A DNA stretch of 64,000 nucleotides from an uncultured Gemmataceae bacterium (GCA_963750165.1 CAVVPN010000003.1:864001-928000); one strand, 5' to 3'; counted from the first letter of the stretch, positions 19,282 to 29,515 are shown. Notes: generated from the letters alone by a model not told the origin. Translations and numbers: made by a program.

Positions 19282-19328
19282 TTGAGCCTGAAGCGCGCGC
19301 GGGGCCCGCGCTGGCGCTTCTGGCTCAA
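19282..19328. repeat. GC-rich hairpin (REP-like or terminator)
   Basis: TTGAGCCTGAAGCGC...GCGCTTCTGGCTCAA. Confidence 0.55.
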
Positions 19329-19443
19329 ACAAGAATCGCCATCCCCTTGTTTGTTCCCCCACACCTGTTACGATGTTAGGCGAATCTCCACAAGCACGGT
19401 TCTGGGAACCGCGGTTCGACCTTTTTCGTGGCAGGTGCCAACC

Positions 19444-19803
19444 ATGAGCGACGACCCGAACGACCGGGACGGCGATCCCTTCCGTCCGCCAGAGATTCCG
19501 ACGGAGGTGTGCTGCCTGCACTGCGGCAAATCCTACGAGAGCTACCTGATCGAGTGGCGCGTGGAGGTCCGGGCAGACGGCGAACAGGGGTTCTGGTGCT
19601 GCCCAACGCCCGGTTGCGACGGCAAGGGTTTTGGCTTCGACCTGCTGCCGACCGACGCCGATTACCACGATGAGTGCGGCGGCTGGAAGTACACCCACGA
19701 CGGCGACGAGGATCTGGAGGAGACCGAGGACGTGTTCGGCGAAGGCGCTGACCCGGAGCCGCCCGGTCGCGACGAGGACAATCCGTATCCGGACGATCTG
19801 TGA
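19444..19803 (+). CDS. Small acidic Cys-rich (zinc-ribbon-like) hypothetical protein
   Basis: CCLHCG and WCCPTPGCDG knuckles; D/E-rich tail. Confidence 0.7.
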   Translation: MSDDPNDRDGDPFRPPEIPTEVCCLHCGKSYESYLIEWRVEVRADGEQGFWCCPTPGCDGKGFGFDLLPTDADYHDECGGWKYTHDGDEDLEETEDVFGEGADPEPPGRDEDNPYPDDL

Positions 19804-19974
19804 TCCTCTGAGGGCGGGCCGCCCGAAGTAGGCGGTCAGGAAAAGCGGAGTGTGCCACTGCTTGGCCGCCCGGTGAGCCGGTAGCAGATCCGTCCAGTTG
19901 AAGAAGGGCGGCCAAGCAGCGGCACACCCAACCACTCCCTGCCTGCTTCGCGGGGCACACCTCCGGCGGGTTGG

Positions 19975-21045
19975 TCAGACGCCCGAGAGCAGGCCGGTCA
20001 AGCGCAGCAGCCACCAAGAACCGGCGGCGATGACAGCCGCGCCCGGAATCGTCAGTACCCAGGCCCACACAACGCTCTGCGCCACCCGCCAGCGGACGCT
20101 GCGCCAGCGCTTCAGCAGACCCACGCCGACAATCGAGCCGGCGATGGTGTGCGTCGTGCTGACCGGCACACCAAGGAAGACGGTCATGGTCAGCGTGCCC
20201 GCCGCAGCGGCCTCGGCACAGAAACCGTCCACCGGTCGCAGATGAATCAGGCGCTGGCCCATCGTGTGAATGATGCGCCAGCCGCCGCTGAGCGTGCCCA
20301 GGGCCATCGCCGCGTGACAGGCCAGCACAACCTCGATCGGCACCTGCGCCGGAGCGCTGTAGCCAGTCCGCGGGGCGGCGGCGATCAGCAGTGCGAAAAT
20401 CAGGCCCATCGTCTTCTGGGCGTCGTTGCCGCCGTGGCCCAGGCTGTAGCCGGCCGCCGACACCAGCTGACCGATGCGGAAAATGCGGTCCACGCGCCGC
20501 AACCGCACCCGGCGGAACAGCCAGAGCACCGCCGTCGCCAGCACGCTGCCCAGGACCATGCCGAGCAGCGGCGCCAGGAAGATGAACAGGACGATGGTGC
20601 CGATCTCGCCCCACTGCACGGCCGCGCCGCCGGCCTTGACCAGGGCGGCGCCGACCATCCCGCCGACCAGCGCGTGCGAGGAACTCGTCGGCAACGCCAG
20701 ATACCAGGTGATGATGTCCCAGGCGCAGGCCCCGACCAGGGCGGCGGCGATGAGGCGGTTGTCGAGCACCTGTTGATCGAGGAGCCCCTTGCCAATGGTG
20801 GCCGCGACGTTCAGGCCGAAGACCAGGAAGGCGACGAAGTTGAAGAAGGCGGCCCAGGCGACCGCGACCAGTGGCCGCAGCACGCGCGTGGCGACAATGG
20901 TGGCCACCGAGTTGGCCGCGTCGTGGAAGCCGTTGAGGAAGTCGAACACCAGGGCGAGGGCGACGAGCAGCCACACCTCCGCGGACAGGACGCCGAACGG
21001 CACCGTCCCGAACTGCAGGTCGGCGTTGAGGAACGGCATGCTCAT
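19975..21045 (-). CDS. pitA: PiT family inorganic phosphate transporter
   Basis: NGFHDAANSVAT, LPTSSSHALVGG, HGGNDAQKTMG and GVPVSTTH. Confidence 0.93.
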   Translation of the reverse strand: MSMPFLNADLQFGTVPFGVLSAEVWLLVALALVFDFLNGFHDAANSVATIVATRVLRPLVAVAWAAFFNFVAFLVFGLNVAATIGKGLLDQQVLDNRLIAAALVGACAWDIITWYLALPTSSSHALVGGMVGAALVKAGGAAVQWGEIGTIVLFIFLAPLLGMVLGSVLATAVLWLFRRVRLRRVDRIFRIGQLVSAAGYSLGHGGNDAQKTMGLIFALLIAAAPRTGYSAPAQVPIEVVLACHAAMALGTLSGGWRIIHTMGQRLIHLRPVDGFCAEAAAAGTLTMTVFLGVPVSTTHTIAGSIVGVGLLKRWRSVRWRVAQSVVWAWVLTIPGAAVIAAGSWWLLRLTGLLSGV

Positions 21046-21668
21046 GAGCCCTTGATGACGATCTCGGAGAGGGTCTGAGCCACCCGCAAGCAGGCGCGGA
21101 GGACGTTGCGCAACACGGCGTACAGCTCACGCCACTGTAGCAGCACGAGCACTTCCGGCGGATGAGCGAACAGATCGCTGTCGCGCTCGCGGTAAACGCG
21201 GTCGCCCTCTTTTTCCAAGCGGAAGACCTCCCGAACATGACCCTGGATCGGGTCGGGGTTGGCCAGGTGGCGGAGCAGCGTCAGGCCGCCGGCCAGGTGG
21301 GTGCAGCAGTCGTGAGCAATACGGGCGAGCAGGCGGGCCTCGTCGCTGGGCCGCTCAATGCGGAACGTCTCGAAGCGGTAGGCTGCCTCCTCGATGGCGT
21401 CCGGCACGGCGTTGACAGCGCGGGCCAGGCCGTGGATGTTCTCGCGGTCGAACGGCGTGATGAAGCAGGACTCGGCCGCCTCGACCGTGCGAGCAACGAC
21501 CTCATCACAGGCGCTTTCGTCCTGGCGGATTTCGTAACTGCGTTCGGACAGACGGTCGAACTGGCTGACCAGGGCCAGCAGGCGCTCCGACGCCCGGGTC
21601 AGGATGGCCGCCAGCTCGTCGAATAGGTCGAAGAACCTGTGTTCCTGCGGCACCAGGCTGAAGCGCAT
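21042..21668 (-). CDS. DUF47 (PhoU-like) Pit accessory protein
   Basis: FFDLFD, FITPFDRENIH and LEKEGDRVYR; ATGA overlap with pit. Confidence 0.88.
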   Translation of the reverse strand: MRFSLVPQEHRFFDLFDELAAILTRASERLLALVSQFDRLSERSYEIRQDESACDEVVARTVEAAESCFITPFDRENIHGLARAVNAVPDAIEEAAYRFETFRIERPSDEARLLARIAHDCCTHLAGGLTLLRHLANPDPIQGHVREVFRLEKEGDRVYRERDSDLFAHPPEVLVLLQWRELYAVLRNVLRACLRVAQTLSEIVIKGS

Positions 21669-21800
21669 GCGAACCTCAAGGGCAATGGGTACTTTTGCTG
21701 CCCAGATCGGTTGAAGGCAAAGACCGTACCCGCCCGGCGCTGCGGTGACCGGGTGGCTATCGTTTCATGGTAATTTCTCGATCCCTTCATGGGGGTGTTC

Positions 21801-22133
21801 ATGAGTGACAAGAAGTTTGACGTGCGCCACCCGGCTGACACGCCGGAGAATTATCGGATGGCGTTCCGGCTATTCGCGCTACTGGGCGTGGGCCTGATCG
21901 GCGTGGCGATTTACTTTTATTTCGCGCTGACTCGGGCGGAGGAGCGCGGCGAGATCATCGTGTGGTGGCGCGGCTACAACCAATTGTACGAGGCGTACGG
22001 CAAGTGGGGCGTGATCGTGTTTCACCTGATCGTGGCGGCGGTGTTCTTCGTGGCGTCGGCGTTCTCGTTCCGCGGCATGCGGCGGATGGAACGCTGGGAG
22101 CGCGAACACCAACGTCGGGAACCGGAAACGTGA
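21801..22133 (+). CDS. Small two-TM hypothetical membrane protein
   Basis: Two hydrophobic helices around LYEAYGKWGV. Confidence 0.6.
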   Translation: MSDKKFDVRHPADTPENYRMAFRLFALLGVGLIGVAIYFYFALTRAEERGEIIVWWRGYNQLYEAYGKWGVIVFHLIVAAVFFVASAFSFRGMRRMERWEREHQRREPET

Positions 22134-22299
22134 GGGGCGCGGCGACGCTGCGCCAATGGTACGATTTTCGCGTTCAGGTGTTGCCTCACCACGGAAAAAC
22201 CGAGCTATACTGTTTTAGAAGTCCTCCCCCGGCGAACGGATGGCGCCGTGCCCGCCGCTGTGAAGGCATACCTGCCAGGAATTTCCGGAGACCGCAGAG

Positions 22300-23058
22300 A
22301 TGTCGAATTTGAAGCCTCGCGGCGAAGCTCTCCGCAACGGGCATCACAGCCAGGCCGCAACCGAGACGGTACTCGCCCCGGAGGACGGCTGGGGCGACGA
22401 GGCCGCGCTTCGCCTGGAGGTACAGCGCTTGACGTCCGAGAACCAGCAACTGCTGGGCCTGCTGGCTGCCGGCGATCTGGGGACCGAACTGGAACGCCTG
22501 CGCGCCGAAAACGCCCAGCTGCGCGGCAACCTCGCGGAGTTGGAGGAGTTGATCGACGACGAGGGCAAGAGCCAGGCGTGGGCGGAACAACAGCGCGAGT
22601 ACGAGGCCCTGCTGGAAGAAAAGTCGGAAGTGATCCGCGACCTGCACCACAAGATTCAGGAGTTGCGCGACCAACCGGAGCGCCCGACCCGGCCCGCCGA
22701 CGACGACGACCAGCCGCCCAGCGAGGAGGCGTTGCGGGAGTTGATGGCCGAACTGGAGCAGCAACGGCAGCAGCTGGCGGAGGACGAGGAATCGCTGATG
22801 ACGCAGATGCGTCAGATGGAAATGAGCATGGCCCGGGAGCGGGCGGAACTGGCCCGTCAGCGCGCCGAGCTACAGCGGATGCACAACGAACTGAAGCACG
22901 AGGTGGAGCAGGCAGCGCGCAACGGCGCACTGCGCGAACAGTTGCAACACTTGCAGCGGCGACAGCCGGAAGCCCCGTCGCGGCCCTCCGAACCCACGCC
23001 GGCGCCGAAAAACAGCGGCGTACTGCGGCGGTTGTTCGGCAACGGGAAACAGGGCTGA
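22300..23058 (+). CDS. Coiled-coil hypothetical protein
   Basis: E/Q/L/R heptad-rich; C-terminal amphipathic GVLRRLFG. Confidence 0.75.
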   Translation: MSNLKPRGEALRNGHHSQAATETVLAPEDGWGDEAALRLEVQRLTSENQQLLGLLAAGDLGTELERLRAENAQLRGNLAELEELIDDEGKSQAWAEQQREYEALLEEKSEVIRDLHHKIQELRDQPERPTRPADDDDQPPSEEALRELMAELEQQRQQLAEDEESLMTQMRQMEMSMARERAELARQRAELQRMHNELKHEVEQAARNGALREQLQHLQRRQPEAPSRPSEPTPAPKNSGVLRRLFGNGKQG

Positions 23059-23067
23059 ACGTCTATT

Positions 23068-23154
23068 CGGCGAGCGGCGCGGCGTCAGGCCGCCGGCACT
23101 GCGAAGTTCCTGGCAATTCGCAGTACCGGCGGCCTGACGCCGCGCCGCTCGCCG
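23068..23154. repeat. REP-like palindrome family A, copy 2
   Basis: Same arms as 13702-13786; lies between convergent genes. Confidence 0.85.
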
Positions 23155-23273
23155 TGATTTTCTACAGGGCAAGCCCGTACTTTTCACGCACCCTCCGCGG
23201 TGGTGGCGTTGGCCTCGATGGCCCCGTTTACGTTTGCGCGGGCGGCGCGAAATGTAAACGGGGCCCGTGTGGT

Positions 23274-24749
23274 TCACGCCTCCGCGGTGGTGGCGGTGGC
23301 GGTGATCGCCGTGGACAGCTGGGTTTCCACGGGCGGGGCGGAGTTCGCGGCCATCTTGCGGTTGAACCAGTTGCCGACGAAATAGAAGGCGACGATGATT
23401 ACCGCCATCATGCCGGTCAGCATGGCGAAGAAATGGCCCGGTTCCATGTGTGGGTACATCAGGCCCACCGGGATATTAATGACGGAATTCCCCATGGCCA
23501 CGGACGCCAGCCACAAGCCCGTAATGAAACTCTTCATGGACGGCGGCGAGACCACGAACGCCAGTTCCAGGCCGGTCACGGAAATCAGAATCTCCGCCAC
23601 CGTGATGATCACGAACGCCAGTACCATGTACCACACGGTCACCCGCTCCTCGGGTTTCACGTACCGTTCCTGAACCGGCTGTCCGTTTTTCGTCACCACC
23701 TCACCGCCGTCGTTCAACTTGTCGCGCATCTCGGCCTGGCCCGCCTGGAACCCGGCCAGCATCAGCACTGCGACGGTCACGGCTGTCAGGACGAAGCCGG
23801 TCAACAGTTTGTCGGTCGCCCGGACCTTGATGCCGCGCTGCTCCAGCCACAGGAAAATCACCGGCCCCAGCGGCGCCAGCAGGATAATCAACACGGGGTT
23901 CAGGGTGCCGAACTGTTCCGGCTCGAAATGGTGGCCGAACAACTGGCAGTCGGTGTAAGTATGGGCGAAGTAAACCCAGGTCGTGTGGGACTGGTCGAAG
24001 ACCGCCCAGAAGAACATGACGACCAGAAACAGGCCGCCCACGGTTTTCACCACGTGCCACTGCTGGGCCCGTTCTGCCGGCGTCCGCTCGTGGCGCACGA
24101 GGACTTCCTTGGCGTAATAGCGCTTGCCCGCCGCGAACAACAGGAAAGACACGGTCATCAACATGGCCGGCACCAGGAAGGCCATCCAGTAGCTGTGGTG
24201 TGTGCGGATGAGCGGGATGAAGAAAAACGCCAGGGCGGCGCCGATGTTGATCGCCATGTAGAAAATGGTGAAGGCACTGGTCCGGAGGTGCTCGTCGCCG
24301 GGACGCTGCTGGTCATAGGTCATGCCCATGAGGGTGGAGATGTTCGGCTTGATGACGCCGCTGCCCATGGCCAGCAGCGACAGGGCGAGGAACATGGCCG
24401 GCACCGTTTCCACGCCCAGGATGACGTGCCCCAGGATGTAGGGCAGGGAGAAGCCCACGATGATCCAGTACTTGCCGAAGTACCGATCCGCCAGGAAGCC
24501 CCCGAGCAGCGGCAAGTAATAGCAGGCCGCCTTGAAGATGCTGACGTATGTGGCCCCGAGCCCCTCCCCCAACTGGAGTTGTTCGGAGATGTAGCGGGCC
24601 AGGATCGACATCATGCCGTAATACGAGCAGCGCTCCGCGAACTCACCCCAGAAGATGAACCAGAAGCCCCTGGGGTGGTTGAGGAACAAGCTGAGCCAGT
24701 GTTTTGTTGCGGGAGCGGCGGTGGCGGCGGAGCCGTTTGGCAAGCCCAT
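23274..24749 (-). CDS. POT/PTR2 proton-dependent oligopeptide transporter
   Basis: EFAERCSYYGM (ExxER), GGFLADRYFG, GSGVIKPN and FYMAINIGA. Confidence 0.93.
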   Translation of the reverse strand: MGLPNGSAATAAPATKHWLSLFLNHPRGFWFIFWGEFAERCSYYGMMSILARYISEQLQLGEGLGATYVSIFKAACYYLPLLGGFLADRYFGKYWIIVGFSLPYILGHVILGVETVPAMFLALSLLAMGSGVIKPNISTLMGMTYDQQRPGDEHLRTSAFTIFYMAINIGAALAFFFIPLIRTHHSYWMAFLVPAMLMTVSFLLFAAGKRYYAKEVLVRHERTPAERAQQWHVVKTVGGLFLVVMFFWAVFDQSHTTWVYFAHTYTDCQLFGHHFEPEQFGTLNPVLIILLAPLGPVIFLWLEQRGIKVRATDKLLTGFVLTAVTVAVLMLAGFQAGQAEMRDKLNDGGEVVTKNGQPVQERYVKPEERVTVWYMVLAFVIITVAEILISVTGLELAFVVSPPSMKSFITGLWLASVAMGNSVINIPVGLMYPHMEPGHFFAMLTGMMAVIIVAFYFVGNWFNRKMAANSAPPVETQLSTAITATATTAEA

Positions 24750-24976
24750 GAGTCAGTCCTCGTCTGCCGGGATGCGACGGTTGCGAAAAATCCGTGAAGA
24801 ATAGCGTAACCGGAAGCGGCGGCAAACACAACGGGTTGTGTCCCCATTTAACAGGAAGGTCTGCCCCACGGAAAGAAGTGGCGGCGAATTTGCGAAACGG
24901 TCAGCTAAGCGTTCCCCCGCCGTGAAGCGCGTTCACCCTTGACGCTCCGCCGCGCACCTTCCAGACTACCCCCACA

Positions 24977-26125
24977 ATGAGCCACCCCGACCCCTTGCCC
25001 GCGCTGCTGGGCGGCCCGCCGCTGCGGCCGCACGGCCCGCCAACCTGGCCGCCGCCCGACGACGACGTGCTGCGCGCCCTCGAAGCCGCCTACCGCGACG
25101 GCTCCTGGGGCCAGTACCACGGCGGTCACTGCGAGCGCCTGGAGCAGCGTCTGTGCGCCGTCCACGGCGTCGGCCACGCCCTGCTGTGCGGCAGCGGCAC
25201 CTACGCGGTGGAGCTGGCCCTGCGTGCCCTGAAAGTCGAAGCGGGCGACGAGGTGGCGCTGGCGGCCTACGACTACGGCGGCAACTTCCGCGCCGTCCAC
25301 GCGCTCGGCGCCCGGCCGGTGCTGGTGGACGTGGATGCCGCCAACTGGAACCTGTCGCTGGCTGCGCTCGCTGCGGCGCTGGGGCCGGCGACGCGAGCGG
25401 TGATCGTCTCGCACCTGCACGGCGGCCTGGTGCCGATGCGGCAGGTCATGGACCTGGCGGCGGCGCATGGCGTTGGTGTCGTCGAGGACGCGGCACAGCA
25501 ACCGGGGGCGGTGGTGCAGGGGCGGCCCGCCGGCACCTGGGGCGACGTCGGCGTCCTCAGTTTCGGCGGTTCCAAGCTGCTCAGCGCCGGCCGCGGCGGG
25601 GCGCTGTTGACCGGCAGGGCGGACATACATCAACGAGCCAGGCTGTGGCAGTCGCGCGGCAATCTGCTCTGCCCGTTATCGGAGTTGCAGGCGGCGGTGC
25701 TGCTGCCGCAGCTCGACAAGCTCGACGCGCGCAACGCCGTGCGGGCGCGAAACGTCGCCTGGTTGTGCCAGCAGTTGCGCGACGTGCCGGGACTGCGGCC
25801 GTTCGCCAACGCCGCCGACGTGGGCAGTCCCGCTTATTACAAGCTCGGGTTTCAGTACGACGCAGAGAAGTTCGGCCTGCCGCGCGAGGGCTTTGTGGTG
25901 GCGCTGCGGGCGGAAGGGATCGCGTTCGACCAGGGCTTTCCGGCGCAGCATCTGGGCCGCTCCGGCAAGCGCTTTCGCGCTGCCGGGCCGCTGACCGAGG
26001 CGGAACGGGCGCATCACGGCGTCGCCGTGCTGCACCATCCCGTGCTGCTGGGAAACGCTGACGACCTGGCCGAGGTCGTGGCCGCGGTCCACAAAATCCA
26101 GCGCCGGGCGCGCCGCGAGGCGTAA
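24977..26125 (+). CDS. DegT/DnrJ/EryC1/StrS PLP-dependent aminotransferase
   Basis: SGTYAVELAL, VVEDAAQ and SFGGSKLLSAGRGG. Confidence 0.9.
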   Translation: MSHPDPLPALLGGPPLRPHGPPTWPPPDDDVLRALEAAYRDGSWGQYHGGHCERLEQRLCAVHGVGHALLCGSGTYAVELALRALKVEAGDEVALAAYDYGGNFRAVHALGARPVLVDVDAANWNLSLAALAAALGPATRAVIVSHLHGGLVPMRQVMDLAAAHGVGVVEDAAQQPGAVVQGRPAGTWGDVGVLSFGGSKLLSAGRGGALLTGRADIHQRARLWQSRGNLLCPLSELQAAVLLPQLDKLDARNAVRARNVAWLCQQLRDVPGLRPFANAADVGSPAYYKLGFQYDAEKFGLPREGFVVALRAEGIAFDQGFPAQHLGRSGKRFRAAGPLTEAERAHHGVAVLHHPVLLGNADDLAEVVAAVHKIQRRARREA

Positions 26126-26248
26126 GCGGCAAACCGCGGAAAGCCAGGACAAAGCACCGAACCGGTTGATACCCCAGGTGCGTAGGTTACAATGAAGTGA
26201 CCTTGTTGATTGCCCTGTCGCACCTCCGTGGTCAAAAGGGTCGTTGCC

Positions 26249-27784
26249 ATGCAAGAATCGCAAGCCTCCTCGCCGGGCCGCGAGGCGGGGCCGTCGCCGG
26301 AGTCGATCCGGCCCGCCGGCCTGTTCTCGGACCTGAAATACGCCGCCCCCGCGCCCACCCTGCGGCCGGCGCCGCCCGTCACGGTGGCCCGACGAAAAAA
26401 AGTCTTCACCCGCATCATCCTGCCGCTGCTCATCTTCGTCATCGGCATCGCCGCCGTCGCCTGGGTGGTGCAGTTCATGCCCCGCAGCGGCAAGCCCACT
26501 CCCGTCCCCGGGCAGGGGCTGCGGCTGGAGTTCACCAACCCCAACCACATCTGGGGCACGCTGGTCGCTGATCGGGGCGTTGTGTGGGGCGCGGCAATCC
26601 CGGAGGGCGTGAAAAAGGAGCAACTCCTCGGCGAGTACATCGCTGAGTACGAGACGGACACCACTGGCCAGAAGGACGCCGGCTTCTGTGACTTCGAGTT
26701 CAAGAACGCCACCGGCCAGCAGTTGCAGGTGGTCCTGGGCGACAAGTTTTGCCAGTGCTCCAACGTCGAGTTGGCTCTGCCCACCGAGGCCGAGCTGGCG
26801 CGCTATCGCGCCCACCGCAAGCAGGTGCAGGTGCCGCACGGCACTCGTTTCGGCGACGCCGACCGCTTCACCTGGACCGAGATGAAGCGCGACCAGGACG
26901 GGGAGATTGTGGAACCGGGCCAGACCGGCATCGTCCGCGTGCTCTGGAACGGTCGCGACACCGAAAAGCCCAAGAACCTGCTCGTCTGGGCCGACCTGCT
27001 GGTCGGTCCGAAGGGCGCTCCGCTGGAGCGCGTCAAACAGCGGCTCCAGGTGAAGATCACCTACGTGGAGCCGGTGCGCTTCCTGCCGGCGGAACTGCAA
27101 ACAGTGCGCTTCACCAGCGGCAGCAGTGGCAGCAATGAGCAGACGTTGCTGTGCTGGTCCTCGACGCGCGACCTCAGCGCCGCCGCCACGGACGACGACC
27201 CGCTCGTGCAGGCCATCCCCGAACAGCTGCGGCCGGAGGAATGCCTGACGCTGGAGAAGCGCCTGGCCCGCGAGTACGGCATCATCACGCACGTGCGCAG
27301 CGCCTGCCGCGTTCAGGTCACGATACGGGAGCAGAAGGACGGCCGGCAGCTCGACCTGGGCTCGGTGCAAAAGCCGCTGCCGGTGACCTTCCGGGGCGAC
27401 GGCGAGGGGCTCAAGAGTGTGGCCCCGCCGCCGGTGCGTGTCGAGGTCCGCGGCGACGTGAAGGTCAACGGCCTGGGCGACCGGTTGCAGGTGAACCTGA
27501 ACGACATCGCTCCCGGGACGCGCTCGGAGGTGGAGGTCAAGGTGTGGACGCGGGCCGACGACCTGGAACCCGTGGCGCAGCTGGAGCCGCCGCGGGCGGG
27601 GCTGACGGCGAAGCTCGCGAAGGCCGGCACGGAAGCGGGCGGCACCGTCTGGAACCTGACCATCACCATCGGCAGCGATGTGCGCTCCGGCCTGGTGGAG
27701 AACACCGCGGTGGTGCTGCGTCGCAAAAACAGTTCGCAGAGCATCCGCCTGCCGGTCACGGGCCACGTGTCGGCGCGCCGGTGA
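26249..27784 (+). CDS. Membrane-anchored hypothetical protein with Ig-like (DUF1573-like) domains
   Basis: Single TM helix; FEFKN...KFCQCS...VEPGQTGIV motif; upstream of the multiheme gene. Confidence 0.65.
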   Translation: MQESQASSPGREAGPSPESIRPAGLFSDLKYAAPAPTLRPAPPVTVARRKKVFTRIILPLLIFVIGIAAVAWVVQFMPRSGKPTPVPGQGLRLEFTNPNHIWGTLVADRGVVWGAAIPEGVKKEQLLGEYIAEYETDTTGQKDAGFCDFEFKNATGQQLQVVLGDKFCQCSNVELALPTEAELARYRAHRKQVQVPHGTRFGDADRFTWTEMKRDQDGEIVEPGQTGIVRVLWNGRDTEKPKNLLVWADLLVGPKGAPLERVKQRLQVKITYVEPVRFLPAELQTVRFTSGSSGSNEQTLLCWSSTRDLSAAATDDDPLVQAIPEQLRPEECLTLEKRLAREYGIITHVRSACRVQVTIREQKDGRQLDLGSVQKPLPVTFRGDGEGLKSVAPPPVRVEVRGDVKVNGLGDRLQVNLNDIAPGTRSEVEVKVWTRADDLEPVAQLEPPRAGLTAKLAKAGTEAGGTVWNLTITIGSDVRSGLVENTAVVLRRKNSSQSIRLPVTGHVSARR

Positions 27785-27890
27785 GCGACCGCCCATCAAG
27801 TTGCAATTGATCTTTTTTGCGTTTGCTTATTCAATCAGTGCTGATGGCGGCTCGGAGCCGGCCGATTTCTCGAACTCCGGAGAGCAGAGC

Positions 27891-29504
27891 ATGGACCGCG
27901 AAGCGCAGGATTTGACCCCGTCCGAGTTGCCGCCACAGCTGGCCGCTGTCCTGGCCGCGCTGTTGTGCGCGGCCACCGTCACCGCGGTCGCCTGGTGGTG
28001 GGCGAACGGCCCGTCGGCAACTCCCGCTTCGCAGGCACAGCTGTCGGCCCAGCCGTCGCTGTTCGTCGGTTGGCAGAAGCCCGACGTGGCCCTGCTGCTG
28101 TCCGGCGAGGCGCACGGCTACCTGCAGCCGTGCGGCTGCTCGCACCCGCAGAAGGGCGGCCTGGCGCGGCGCTACAACTTCCTGGAGTCGTTGCGCAAGA
28201 AGGGCTGGCCGGTGGTGGCGGTGGACCTGGGCAATTTGCCGCAGCCCGGCCAACCGCAATCGATGCTGAAGTACATCACCGCCATGAAGGCGCTCAAGAT
28301 CATGGACTACACGGCGGTGACGTTCGGCGAGCTGGAGATGCGCATGCCGCTGGTGGACGCGCTGGCGGAGACGGCGCTGAACCAGCTGTCGCCGCCGGTG
28401 GTCACGGCCAACCTGGACCTGAACCGGCCGGGGGATGTCTACGTGCCGATGGTGACAACCTGCCTGGTCGGCGGTCAGGGCAAGGGCCCGTGTGTGGGCG
28501 TGACGGCGCTGGTGGGGCCGTCGGTCGAAAAGACCATCGCGGGCAAGGACCCCACGATCAAGTTCGATCACCAGACGGACCAGGTGCTGCGGAAGACGCT
28601 GGGGGGCCTGGCGAAGCAGAAGTTGGACCTGGTGGTGCTGCTTTACCAGGGGACGCAGAAGGAGGCGTCGCGGTGTGCCGAGTTCTGCGCCAGGGAGCAG
28701 GCGACGAACCCGACGTTCCCGCGCGTGGACGTGATTTTGTGCCTGGACGTGGCGGACGAGCCGTCCGGCGTGGCCCGGCAGGTGGGCAACTCGATGATCG
28801 TGAGCGTCGGCCACAAGGGCCGCTACGTGGGTGTGGTCGGCGCCTACCGCACCAACAAGCCGGGCCAGCCGTGGGCGCTGCGCTACCAGCTGGTGCCGAT
28901 GGGCGAGGAACTGGAGACGCCCAGAGGGCTGCAGAACCCGGTGAATGTGCTGATGGAGGACTACGCCGCCACGGTGAAAAAGGATCTTTACCTGGCGAAG
29001 TACCCGCGCAAGAAGCACCCGGTGCAACTGCAATTTCCGACCTCGGAGTACGTGGGCTCGGAGCGGTGTGCGGATTGCCACGAGCATGCGTTCAACGTCT
29101 GGAGCAACAAAAAATCCAAACATCATGCTCATGCGTACGACTCACTGGTGAAGGCCCAGCGGCCGTCCAACCGCCAGTTCGACGGTGAGTGTGTGGTTTG
29201 TCACACGGTTGGTTTCGGTTATGAATCCGGATTCAACAGCGCGAGGGCTTTGCAGAAAAAGGTGCCGCTGGAAGGCGTTGGCTGCGAAAGTTGTCACGGG
29301 CCGGGCAGCGCGCACGCGAAAAACCCCAACAACAGGGAACTCCGTGCACTCATGAACCCCTGGAAAGCCGAGCCGAACCTGAAGAAGCGCTTGAACCTGA
29401 TCGACCGGACCTGTGTCCAGTGTCACGACATTGACAATGATGTCCACTGGAACTTCGAGAAGAACTGGCCGAAGATCGCCCACCCGACGCCGAAGAAAAA
29501 GTAA
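27891..29504 (+). CDS. Tetraheme c-type cytochrome (c554-like) fused to a degenerate 5'-nucleotidase-like domain
   Basis: Four CxxCH motifs (CADCH, CVVCH, CESCH, CVQCH); N-terminal HGYLQPCGC...GGLARR. Confidence 0.88.
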   Translation: MDREAQDLTPSELPPQLAAVLAALLCAATVTAVAWWWANGPSATPASQAQLSAQPSLFVGWQKPDVALLLSGEAHGYLQPCGCSHPQKGGLARRYNFLESLRKKGWPVVAVDLGNLPQPGQPQSMLKYITAMKALKIMDYTAVTFGELEMRMPLVDALAETALNQLSPPVVTANLDLNRPGDVYVPMVTTCLVGGQGKGPCVGVTALVGPSVEKTIAGKDPTIKFDHQTDQVLRKTLGGLAKQKLDLVVLLYQGTQKEASRCAEFCAREQATNPTFPRVDVILCLDVADEPSGVARQVGNSMIVSVGHKGRYVGVVGAYRTNKPGQPWALRYQLVPMGEELETPRGLQNPVNVLMEDYAATVKKDLYLAKYPRKKHPVQLQFPTSEYVGSERCADCHEHAFNVWSNKKSKHHAHAYDSLVKAQRPSNRQFDGECVVCHTVGFGYESGFNSARALQKKVPLEGVGCESCHGPGSAHAKNPNNRELRALMNPWKAEPNLKKRLNLIDRTCVQCHDIDNDVHWNFEKNWPKIAHPTPKKK

Positions 29505-29515
29505 GAAGTGCTGGC

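Noticed and set aside
24977..26125. Sugar or secondary-metabolite cluster around the DegT aminotransferase
   Set aside because: No glycosyltransferase, dehydratase, PKS or NRPS neighbours
28130..28141. Selenocysteine in the PCGC motif of the multiheme protein
   Set aside because: Both codons are TGC; no in-frame TGA
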